Positions 16,648 through 27,657 of a DNA stretch of 64,000 nucleotides are shown here, piece after piece. The stretch is from Planctomycetaceae bacterium (GTDB lineage: Bacteria; Planctomycetota; Planctomycetia; Pirellulales; UBA1268), in NCBI GenBank assembly GCA_005791575.1, contig SXWA01000078.1, forward strand, positions 6,688 to 70,687, in the 5' to 3' direction. Every line of letters begins with the position of its first letter. Position 1 is the first letter of the stretch. A program made the position numbers and the translations under genes. Under the pieces are notes generated by a model. That model was not told the origin of the DNA. It saw only the letters and a list, made by a program, of their open reading frames with translations, and made no database searches.

Positions 16648-18128
16648 CACGCCGCCTCCCGCCACCGCTGCGGTGGATCGGCTGCCGGGATGGAGACGCG
16701 CGGATCGGTTTCGATGGCGGACGGTGCGGCGCCGGTGGCCGTCGGGGCTTCCCGCACGTCGCGGTGGCCCCGTGCGCCGGCCCGCCAGAGGAATGCCGCC
16801 AAGGCGAGGGACACCAGCGAGAACGTCGCCAGCAGCAGGCCGCGGCGCAGGATGTCGTCGTCGGTGTCGCCGTTGGCGTCACTGCCGGGGGATCCACTGC
16901 CCTTCCCCAACCAGGCCAACAGCGGCCCGGGGGTGGCCGCGCGTTCCACCGCTTCGGCCTGCCGGCCACCATGGCTCATGCCGCTGGCGAACGGGGCGAC
17001 GACGATCCGCGTCCGCGCGGGATCGGCCACGTCCGGCAGCATCGTCGCGACGAATGACGTGAGCCGTTCCAGTTCCGCCGCCTCGGCCCGCTCCGCGTCG
17101 TCCTCGGACCAGCGGCTGCCACCATCGGCACGGCGCTGCTGCCGGCCGCGTGCGGCGGCGACCGCCGATTCCAGATACGTGTCGGGAACCGCGATGAGCA
17201 CATGGAGGGAATCGCCCGACGGGAGCGGCGCCTCGCGGGCGACCGCCGCGGCGACCGCGGCCGGGGCGTTGGCATCGGCTTGGCTGCCGGTCACCTCGGC
17301 CGGCGCCGGCCCGATCGTCGCTGGCGGGGCTGCGGCGCCGAGCGTGACATCGACGACGACGCCCCGGATGAAGCCGAGCGACTGGCGGATCTTGGCGGCC
17401 GTGGCCCGCTCCAGCCCGCCGCGCGCGGCACGGGCGGGGTCGGTCGTGCCGTCGGCGGGCTCCAGCGGCCCGGCGAACACCCGTCCGCTCCGTAGGTCGG
17501 TGACCGCCACCCGTTCCACGGGCAGGCCGGCGATCGCCGAGGCGACCAACACGCGGATCGCCTGGACCCGCGAGGGATCGAGGTCGCTGTCGGGTTGCGT
17601 GCGGATGCTGACGCTCGCGGTGCGCTCGTATCCCCCGGCGAGACCGGGGCGTGGTGCATCGTCGTAGAGCACCGCGGCCCGCTCGATGCCCGGCATCGAG
17701 CAGAGGACCAGCGAGAGCTCGTCCTGGATCGCGACACGCAACGAATCAGCGCGCAGCGCGGTACTGGTCCAGGGCCCGTTGTTCGCCAGTGCCCGTCGCA
17801 GGCTGGCGCCGAACTCACGCGGCAGCGCCTCGGAGTCGACCAGGGCGCGCATGTAGGCGCTTTGGCGCGTCCGCGGCACGTAGACCCTGCCGCCCTCGGT
17901 GCGATAATCGGTGAGCTGGGCCCGGTCGAAGGCCGCCTCCATGATCGCCAGTTCCGACTGCGGCAGCACCGAACCCTCGAGCAATTCCGCCTCTTCGCTC
18001 GCCGGCCGGTCACGGAGCATCCACGCCGACCAGCCGATGGTGACGACGAGCAGCCCGAGGGCCATCGCCTGCAGCGGGCTCAGCACGGCGGGCCGACCGG
18101 CAACGACGATCCGGGCATCTGGGTCCAT
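16647..18128 (-). CDS. fliF: FliF/SctJ-family MS-ring protein (493 aa)
   Basis: Only the C-terminal 493 aa of the 789-aa track ORF look real, starting at the ATG at 18128. It has an N-terminal TM helix (LQAMALGLLVVTIGWSAWML). YscJ/FliF-like periplasmic blocks follow (IMEAAFDRAQLTDYRTEGGRVYVP..., ASVSIRTQPDSDLDPSRVQAIRVLVASAIAGLPVERVAVTDL). A C-terminal TM helix (LLLATFSLVSLALAAFLW) is followed by a cytoplasmic tail of only about 45 aa. Confidence 0.8.
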   Translation of the reverse strand: MDPDARIVVAGRPAVLSPLQAMALGLLVVTIGWSAWMLRDRPASEEAELLEGSVLPQSELAIMEAAFDRAQLTDYRTEGGRVYVPRTRQSAYMRALVDSEALPREFGASLRRALANNGPWTSTALRADSLRVAIQDELSLVLCSMPGIERAAVLYDDAPRPGLAGGYERTASVSIRTQPDSDLDPSRVQAIRVLVASAIAGLPVERVAVTDLRSGRVFAGPLEPADGTTDPARAARGGLERATAAKIRQSLGFIRGVVVDVTLGAAAPPATIGPAPAEVTGSQADANAPAAVAAAVAREAPLPSGDSLHVLIAVPDTYLESAVAAARGRQQRRADGGSRWSEDDAERAEAAELERLTSFVATMLPDVADPARTRIVVAPFASGMSHGGRQAEAVERAATPGPLLAWLGKGSGSPGSDANGDTDDDILRRGLLLATFSLVSLALAAFLWRAGARGHRDVREAPTATGAAPSAIETDPRVSIPAADPPQRWREAA

Positions 18129-18166
18129 GAGGGGGCCGCTCGGAGAGCACGGGAGGGAAACGACGA

Positions 18167-18661
18167 TCAGGCCGCACGGCGTTCCGTGAGGCGGCGCGGG
18201 AAGCGGAGGGTCACTGCGGTTCCACCCTCGGGGCACGGGCGCACGTCGAGGGTGCCCCCCAGCCTCCGGGCGGCGTCGCCCTGACGCTCGAGCCACGCGT
18301 GGTCGAGTGCCGAGGGTTGCGGTCCGGAGTCGGCGACCTCGAGTTCGATCGCGTCCGGCAGCAGCACGCTCGTCACCACCACCTCGCGGCGCCCCACCCC
18401 CACGGCCGCACCGGTCGATCTCCGGGCCCGGTTCACCAGGTCTCCGAGCATCTCGGTGAGCAGATCGGGATCGGCGTGGATGACGTGGGCATCGGGCACG
18501 TCGATCGTCAACGTGGCGCCGCCGCCTGCACCGCCATCGTCGCCGCCGACGGCCGCATCGACGACACGCCGGGCGCCGACCCATGTCGGGCGCGCCGCGC
18601 CATGGGCGGCCCGCAGCGGGAGGGTCATCGGTTCGCGGTGATCGATCGTGGGCTCGGGCAT
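18167..18661 (-). CDS. Stand-alone HATPase_c (histidine-kinase-like ATPase) domain protein; possible RsbW/SpoIIAB-type anti-sigma kinase
   Basis: The 164-aa ORF has an N-box-like LTEMLGDLVNRARR, a G1-like IELEVADSGPQ and a C-terminal GGTLDVRPCPEGGTAVTLRFP. No HisKA or dimerisation domain is present. Confidence 0.6.
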   Translation of the reverse strand: MPEPTIDHREPMTLPLRAAHGAARPTWVGARRVVDAAVGGDDGGAGGGATLTIDVPDAHVIHADPDLLTEMLGDLVNRARRSTGAAVGVGRREVVVTSVLLPDAIELEVADSGPQPSALDHAWLERQGDAARRLGGTLDVRPCPEGGTAVTLRFPRRLTERRAA

Positions 18662-18697
18662 CGCTGTGGTTCGCCGGGGTGGAGCGGAGGGGCCTGG

Positions 18698-19408
18698 TCA
18701 GGCGGGGCAGACGGGGGTGGCCACCGACACGCCGCCGCACACCGCGTCCATCAGCCAGCGATTCACGTCGCGGAGGATCGCCGGCGCGAGGTCGTGCGGT
18801 TCCTGGTAGATCCGCATCGAGAGCTGGGCACCGGCGGCATGGAAGAGCCGCAGTGTCATCGAGGTCGTGGCGACCATGTCGGCCTCCGCGTCGCGGCGGC
18901 AGCAGAGCAGCACCGGGAGCCGGCGCACCGCCGACAGCCGGGCGAACAGCGCCTCGGCGTGGGGAAAGGCACCGCCCAGCGAGACCATGCCGGCGAACCG
19001 ATCGGCATGCCGGCAACCGACCCGGAACGCGGCCGTTCCGCCATCCCCCCGTCCGATGAGGAACACGCGGTCGGGATGCACGTTGGCCCGCTCAGCGGCC
19101 GCGTCGATCGCCTCCCAGACGGCGTCCTCGATCGCAGCGGGGCGATCCTCGGGGCCGATCACCGGTTCCACCGCGAGGTAGTTGCGGGTGCTGAGCCGGT
19201 TCATCGCCTTTCCGAGGTCGAACCGTCGCGACCCCGGTAGCCAGACGAGGAGGGGGTAGGCATACCCGGGCTCGTAGCCCTGCGGCATGAAGACCCGCGG
19301 TTGCCGGTGCGCACGCTCGCGGGATGCTGCCACACGGACGGGGCGCACGGAGACCGTGCGAGCCGGGAACCGGTGGTCGAGACCGCCATCGGATGGAATC
19401 GCAGACAT
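18698..19408 (-). CDS. Alpha/beta-hydrolase-fold protein (phospholipase/carboxylesterase-like) lacking the nucleophile serine
   Basis: The 236-aa ORF has YPLLVWLPG... and DRVFLIGRGDGGTAAF, where esterases of this type have GFSQGG (GxSxG). A later Asp and His are present (CCRRDAEAD, EPHD). Confidence 0.65.
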   Translation of the reverse strand: MSAIPSDGGLDHRFPARTVSVRPVRVAASRERAHRQPRVFMPQGYEPGYAYPLLVWLPGSRRFDLGKAMNRLSTRNYLAVEPVIGPEDRPAAIEDAVWEAIDAAAERANVHPDRVFLIGRGDGGTAAFRVGCRHADRFAGMVSLGGAFPHAEALFARLSAVRRLPVLLCCRRDAEADMVATTSMTLRLFHAAGAQLSMRIYQEPHDLAPAILRDVNRWLMDAVCGGVSVATPVCPA

Positions 19409-19601
19409 CAGCGAACGTCTCCACGGGAGACGAGCCCCTACGGAAGTGGGGGCTCGTCGGCTCAGGGCCCGCGGTTTCTAGCGGAAGCACCGACCACGCC
19501 ACAACGCCAGACGGCGATCGCACCGACCCGGATGGAAGGCCGGGTAAACGGGGCGTTCCGGGGGCTTCGCTGGCCCGGGGAGCGACCGCCCGTGGTTGGC
19601 G

Positions 19602-23048
<3,447 letters not shown>

Positions 23049-23052
<4 letters not shown>

Positions 23053-23327
23053 GGCCGTGCGTTTCCCGGACCATCGCCGTCGTCCGTCGGGCGCTGGCGT
23101 CGCATCTCGCGCCACACGTACAGTCCGAACGATCCGGCGAGCGTGAACGGCATCGCCAGCATCAGAAGGATGCTGTAGAAGTAGCCGCGCGCCAGGTTGG
23201 CCGCCGCCGCATCGCCGTCGGCGAGGGAGTCTTTGCAGGTCGGGCAGCCGAGCGCTTCACCGGCGACCAGCGCTGCACCGCAGCCGATCACCACCGCCAT
23301 CATCAGGGCGCGAGTCCGGAGCGGCAT
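23049..23327 (-). CDS. Small two-TM protein with an extracytoplasmic CPTC motif
   Basis: The internal ATG at 23327 gives a 92-aa protein: MPLRTRALMMAVVIGCGAALVAGEALGCPTCKDSLADGD...ARGYFYSILLMLAMPFTLAGSFGLYVW. The upstream part of the track ORF is Arg-rich junk. Confidence 0.6.
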
Positions 23328-23490
23328 CGGCTCGGCTCGGCTTCGGCTGCCGTACCGGTGAGGCTGCTGACACGTCGGTTGCCGAGCGTTTGCCATGCAT
23401 ACGTCTCCATCGCGGGATCGCGACGTCCGCCGCCGCAGATGGCCCCTCGGCATTCTATCCCGCTGGTTCCCTTCGGCTGCGTGGAGGCGA

Positions 23491-23964
23491 TCAGCCCGCC
23501 AGCGGGCCGGGGACCGGAGCCGAGGGAAACAGCACGTAGAGCATCAGGTAGATCACGACGCCTGTCACCGACACGTAGAGCCAGACGGGGAGGGTGATCC
23601 GCCCCAGCCGCCGATGGGCAGTCCAACGGCCGCGGGCGGCGAGGACGAACATCGCCACCGCGAGCACCGGCACGGTGGCGGCAAGCACGATGTGGCTGGC
23701 GAGGATCGTCAGGTAGAGCGTCCGCACCGCTCCCTGACCCGTGAACGGCACGTGGCCGACGAGGGCGTGGTAGGTGAGGTAGCAGACGAGGAACACGGCC
23801 GAGACGGCGAAGGCCGCAATCATCGCCGCCCGGTGGGCCCGCCAGTTGCCGCGGGCGATGGCCACCCAGCCGACCACCAGGAGAACAGTCGCGAGCGAGT
23901 TGAGCACCGCGTTGGTGGTGGCGAGCGGATGGATGGCCAGCAGCGGCCCGATGCCGGCGCTCAT
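23491..23964 (-). CDS. DUF420-family membrane protein (typically associated with cytochrome-oxidase assembly loci)
   Basis: The ATG at 23964 overlaps the SCO1 stop (ATGA). The 157-aa four-helix protein reads LATTNAVLNSLATVLLVVGWVAIARGNWRAHRAAMIAAF...HRRLGRITLPVWLYVSVTGVVIY, which fits the DUF420 pattern. Confidence 0.8.
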   Translation of the reverse strand: MSAGIGPLLAIHPLATTNAVLNSLATVLLVVGWVAIARGNWRAHRAAMIAAFAVSAVFLVCYLTYHALVGHVPFTGQGAVRTLYLTILASHIVLAATVPVLAVAMFVLAARGRWTAHRRLGRITLPVWLYVSVTGVVIYLMLYVLFPSAPVPGPLAG

Positions 23965-24656
23965 GGTGCGGCTCCGCCAACGGGTTCGGCGAGGACCTCG
24001 CGGATCAGTTTGACCAGGAGTTCCACCCGGTCGGGCTGGAGGAGATGGTAGCTGCCGCGGAGCCGCCCCTCCCGGTCGAAGACGACCCCCCGTTCCGAGT
24101 GGACACCGACTTCGGCCGGCAGGAGGAACGTCTTGTTGGCCACCGTGCGGATGACATCCATGTCGCCGGTCAGGAACTTCCACCGCGCGGGATCGGCGCC
24201 GAACCGATCGGCATAGCGGCGGAGCACCTCGGGGGTGTCATTGTCAGGGTCGCAGGTGACGCTCACCGCCACCAGGTCGGGGTCGTTGACCTCGCGGAGG
24301 ATGTCGGCGACCGCTTGGTTCTCACGGAAGCAGGGCCCAGGACAGTTGGCGAAGAAAACGCTCGCCAGCCACACGCGGCCACGAAGAGCGGTCGAGTCGA
24401 AGGGACTCCCCGTCTGGTCGGTGAGCGTGAACGGGGCCGCTGGGTCGCCTGGTTTGACGACCGCCGGTGCGGGTGTGACATCGGCCGTGCCGGCGGATGC
24501 CGGAGGGGGCGCCACCGGTTGCCGTGTGCATCCCGCCAGCAGCAGCGCGGGCACTACGAGCAGGCTGTGGACAAACAGCCTGCTGCACCGGAGGGATCCG
24601 GTGCCGGGAGCGCAGCTCCCGTGAAAAGCGCAGCTTTTCGGATGGCCAAAGGCCAT
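23961..24656 (-). CDS. SCO1/SenC copper chaperone (thioredoxin fold, lipoprotein)
   Basis: It has a lipobox (ALLLAGC), a CPGPC copper-binding motif (VFFANCPGPCFREN) and a downstream His (VGVHSERGVVFD). The start is uncertain. The ATG at 24656 and an alternative at 24779 both lie inside the 123-bp repeat copies. Confidence 0.85.
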   Translation of the reverse strand: MAFGHPKSCAFHGSCAPGTGSLRCSRLFVHSLLVVPALLLAGCTRQPVAPPPASAGTADVTPAPAVVKPGDPAAPFTLTDQTGSPFDSTALRGRVWLASVFFANCPGPCFRENQAVADILREVNDPDLVAVSVTCDPDNDTPEVLRRYADRFGADPARWKFLTGDMDVIRTVANKTFLLPAEVGVHSERGVVFDREGRLRGSYHLLQPDRVELLVKLIREVLAEPVGGAAP

Positions 24657-24803
24657 GGATGGACTTTGGCCACGGGCTGTCAGCAGGCTGTGGACAAACA
24701 GCCTGCTGCACCGGAGGGATCCGGTGCCGGGAGCGCAGCTCCCGTGAAAAGCGCAGCGTTTCGAGTGGCCAAAGGCCATGGATGGACTTTGGCCACGGGC
24801 TGC
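24561..24803. repeat. 123-bp REP-like element in two tandem copies, each with two hairpins
   Basis: Copy 1 (24561-24683) and copy 2 (24684 to about 24803) are near-identical. Each contains CAGGCTGTggacaaACAGCCTG and GGCCAAAGgccatggatggaCTTTGGCC. The array lies between coxIV and SCO1 and overlaps the SCO1 5' end. Confidence 0.9.
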
Positions 24804-25017
24804 TCGTCCAAGGGAAAGGGACTTCTCTGGCATTCGCCCACGCGACCAGCCGCCCCACCCACGGGAGGTGCATGTCTGGCAAGGCGTTTTGGAGTGATCA
24901 CCATGCATCGCCGCGCCTCCGGTCATGCCGCAGATCCCCGTCGCGCCACGGGCGAATTGCCGCTGGCTTCCGGCCGGCCACCCGACGAGGGAGTGCGACG
25001 ACGGCTGCCCCCGAGCG

Positions 25018-25554
25018 TCAATGTCCAGCGGGCTCCGCACCCGGCAGGCCGGTCTCGCCGGCCTGCTCCATGAGGCGCACGTCGGACTGCCGCGGCATGT
25101 AGAGGGCTCGTTCCTGGGCCACCATCCGGGTTCGCATCCCGATGTCGGGGACGAGCATCAGGGCCAGGAAGATCGCCATCATCGCTGCCGGGATGGTGAG
25201 GACGTACTTCCAGTTGGCCTCCCAGAGGACGTGCATGAAGAACAGCACCACGAGCATCGCCTTGGTGCACGACACCGCCAACATGAAGGCCCAGCCGACC
25301 TGCGGCTGATCACGCCAGGGCCAGGCCGATGAGTAGGTGAAGAACGACATCGTGGTCAGGCCGCAGAGGGCGAGAAACACCATCATGTAGGTGCCGATGC
25401 CGCCGTGGGATTCGTGGTGCTCGGCATGCGTCGTCGTGGCCCCCGCGCCGTGGTGATCGGCGGCGGACTCACGGTCGGCGGACTCCCCCGGCCGGGTGAC
25501 CGGACCATGGCCAGAGTGCGGCTGCGGGTCGGAATGGGGATCGTGGATGCTCAT
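25018..25554 (-). CDS. Cytochrome c oxidase subunit IV-like small membrane protein with a His-rich N-terminus
   Basis: The ATG at 25554 gives 178 aa. The His-rich head (MSIHDPHSDPQPHSGHG...THAEHHESHGG) is followed by three hydrophobic helices (YMMVFLALCGLTTMSFF.., GWAFMLAVSCTKAMLVVLFFMHV, YVLTIPAAMMAIFLALMLV). The gene sits immediately after ctaE. Confidence 0.7.
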   Translation of the reverse strand: MSIHDPHSDPQPHSGHGPVTRPGESADRESAADHHGAGATTTHAEHHESHGGIGTYMMVFLALCGLTTMSFFTYSSAWPWRDQPQVGWAFMLAVSCTKAMLVVLFFMHVLWEANWKYVLTIPAAMMAIFLALMLVPDIGMRTRMVAQERALYMPRQSDVRLMEQAGETGLPGAEPAGH

Positions 25555-25607
25555 GGTCGTTCTCGGTCCGGATGGAGCGGGCTGGCCGCGGTCGGGGAGA
25601 CGGGTGA

Positions 25608-26597
25608 TCAGAACAGGTAGAGCAACGGAAAGAGGAAGATCCACACGAGATCGACGAAGTGCCAGTAGAGGCCGGCATTCTCGATCATGCCGCTGGTGCG
25701 CCGGTCGAGTTTGTAGAGCAGGAGGATCGTGAACACGATCAGCCCGACGACCACGTGGATCGCATGGAAACCGGTGAGGAGGAAATAGGTGCTTGCCCAC
25801 ATGTTGCCGCCCGGAATGACCGCCGGAAGGCGGAGCCACGGGAAGACGTCGTTGAGACCCGAGCCGTGCCCGTGTCCTCCGCCCGACGCGAGTGGCATCA
25901 CCTGGTCGGCGACGACCGCGAGGTCGAACGGCTGCTGATCGGGATTGGTGATCATCGTGCGGATCTGGCGCAGCCGTTCCCGACCGGTGCGCTGCTCGGC
26001 CGAAAGGCTCCCCTCGGGGGTGTCGTCGAGTGTCTTCAGTTGATCGATCATCGCCGGCTCACCGAGCCGCGCCCGCACCGCCGACCCGTAGTAGAGGTCG
26101 GGTTTTTCGTAGACCCGGCTGCGCGGCGACCAGGGATAGATGCCGTGCGAGAACTTCGCCGAGTACTCGTAGGCCTTGACCCCGAGGAACAGCGTCCCGA
26201 GGAGGAGCGTGGCGAGCATCCAGATCTTGGCGAGTTCCGACTTGTTGGCCCGCGCCGCCTCGAGCGCCAGGACGATCGTGACGCTCGAGCAGATCAGCAC
26301 GAAGGTGTTGAAGGCCCCGATCGGCTCGCTGAGGTGGACATGGTGGGGCAGCGGCCATGCCGGGGCGCCGAAGCGGAGCACCACGTAGCTGCCGAGCAGG
26401 GCCGCGAAGAACATGATCTCGGTCGAGAGGAACAGCCACATGATCAGCTTGCCGCGCGAGAGCGGCAGGCCAGGCTGGTACTGGAGATGCACGTGCCCGT
26501 GGCCGGCACCATGCCCGTGGGCATCGTGGCCGTGGGCATCAGGGCCGTGATGATCATGGCCGTCGCCGTGCGGCAGGCTGATGGCGGAGGCGGTCAT
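25608..26597 (-). CDS. ctaE: Cytochrome c oxidase subunit III (with a His-rich N-terminus and an internal soluble insertion of about 100 aa)
   Basis: The 329-aa ORF contains [30 protein letters not shown] and [19 protein letters not shown]...[20 protein letters not shown]. These are subunit III hallmarks. Confidence 0.9.
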   Translation of the reverse strand: MTASAISLPHGDGHDHHGPDAHGHDAHGHGAGHGHVHLQYQPGLPLSRGKLIMWLFLSTEIMFFAALLGSYVVLRFGAPAWPLPHHVHLSEPIGAFNTFVLICSSVTIVLALEAARANKSELAKIWMLATLLLGTLFLGVKAYEYSAKFSHGIYPWSPRSRVYEKPDLYYGSAVRARLGEPAMIDQLKTLDDTPEGSLSAEQRTGRERLRQIRTMITNPDQQPFDLAVVADQVMPLASGGGHGHGSGLNDVFPWLRLPAVIPGGNMWASTYFLLTGFHAIHVVVGLIVFTILLLYKLDRRTSGMIENAGLYWHFVDLVWIFLFPLLYLF

Positions 26598-26664
26598 CGG
26601 GGGGTTCCAGGGAGATGGGCCGAGTGGATGGGGCGACGGGATGTCGAATCAAAGGCACCGGGAA

Positions 26665-27657
26665 TCAAAGGCGCGGTGGGCCGCAGCCGACGGATGCCAC
26701 GAGCAGCCCGAGGAGGACGATCAACGACACGAGCAGGAGACCGCGGGCGGTGCGTTCATCGCGCCGCACGGCAAAGCGGATCGCGGCGAGGACGTAGATC
26801 CCCGCGAGCACGGCGGCGACGACGAACAGCGGCCAGCGTGCCGACGGCACCGCGAGTGTGAGGCTCGCCGGGACCATCGCCAGGGCCGCCGTCACGGCCT
26901 GGATGCCGGCCTGACCGCCGCTCGGGTCGGTGACGGTGAGCATCCGCATCCCCGCCGCCTCATACTGCCGGCGGTAGAGCCAGGCGATGGCCATGAAGTG
27001 CGGGAATTGCCAGAGGTAGAGAACTGCTCCCAGGGCCGCCACCGCGACGGCGCCGGCAGCGTCGCCGGCGGCGAAACGCGCCGGCCCGTCCGCTCCGAGC
27101 CAGCCGATCGCCACCGGGAGGGCGCCAGGGAAGGCGCCGACGGCGGTGTTGAGCGGCGTACGCGTCTTGAGCGGCGTGTAGACGACGACGTATGTCAGCC
27201 AGGTCACCAACGAGGCCGCGGCGGCCCCGGTCCCACCGCCGGCGAGGGTGGTCACCAGGCCGGCGGCAAGTGTCGCGCCCGCCAGCCACCACGCTGTCCG
27301 CGGATCGATGCGCCCCGCCGCGAGCGGACGCCCCGCCGTGCGCGGCATCAGCCTGTCGGTGCCACGCTCGAGGATCTGGTTGGCGATACTCGAACTGGCC
27401 GCCACCAGGGCGGTGCCCGCCAGCAGCACCACCAGCCGCACCGGATCGATCGCCCGCCCCGCCGTCAACCAGGCAGCCGCGACCACGGTGGCCAGCACCA
27501 TGACGGTGATCCGAGGCCGGATCAATTGGCCGATCTCGCTGATCGCCGCCGGACGAGCGGCAACGGCAGATGCGGAATGGCCCAGCGGGGGACGAACCGC
27601 GAACCGTCCGGGGACCGGTGCGTCGGTCACCAACGCGACGGGGGGTTGGGGGCTCAT
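26665..27657 (-). CDS. ctaB: Protohaem IX farnesyltransferase (haem O synthase)
   Basis: The 330-aa ORF has LIRPRITVMVLATV, SSSIANQILERGTDRLMPRTAGRPLAAGRI and UbiA-type polytopic topology. Its start overlaps the ctaA stop by 4 nt. Confidence 0.9.
   Translation of the reverse strand: MSPQPPVALVTDAPVPGRFAVRPPLGHSASAVAARPAAISEIGQLIRPRITVMVLATVVAAAWLTAGRAIDPVRLVVLLAGTALVAASSSIANQILERGTDRLMPRTAGRPLAAGRIDPRTAWWLAGATLAAGLVTTLAGGGTGAAAASLVTWLTYVVVYTPLKTRTPLNTAVGAFPGALPVAIGWLGADGPARFAAGDAAGAVAVAALGAVLYLWQFPHFMAIAWLYRRQYEAAGMRMLTVTDPSGGQAGIQAVTAALAMVPASLTLAVPSARWPLFVVAAVLAGIYVLAAIRFAVRRDERTARGLLLVSLIVLLGLLVASVGCGPPRL

Noticed and set aside
16647-19016. A 789-aa version of the FliF-like ORF
   Set aside because: The first 296 residues are Arg-rich junk. 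They overlap the better HATPase_c (18167-18661) and hydrolase (18698-19408) ORFs in other frames. The FliF-like sequence begins at the Met at 18128, right before its TM helix.
23961-25040. The full 359-aa version of the SCO1 ORF
   Set aside because: Residues upstream of about 88 are Gly/Arg/Trp-rich. Residues 80-160 are the translated tandem REP-like element. Only the portion from the lipobox onward is SCO1-like, and the start was set provisionally at 24656.
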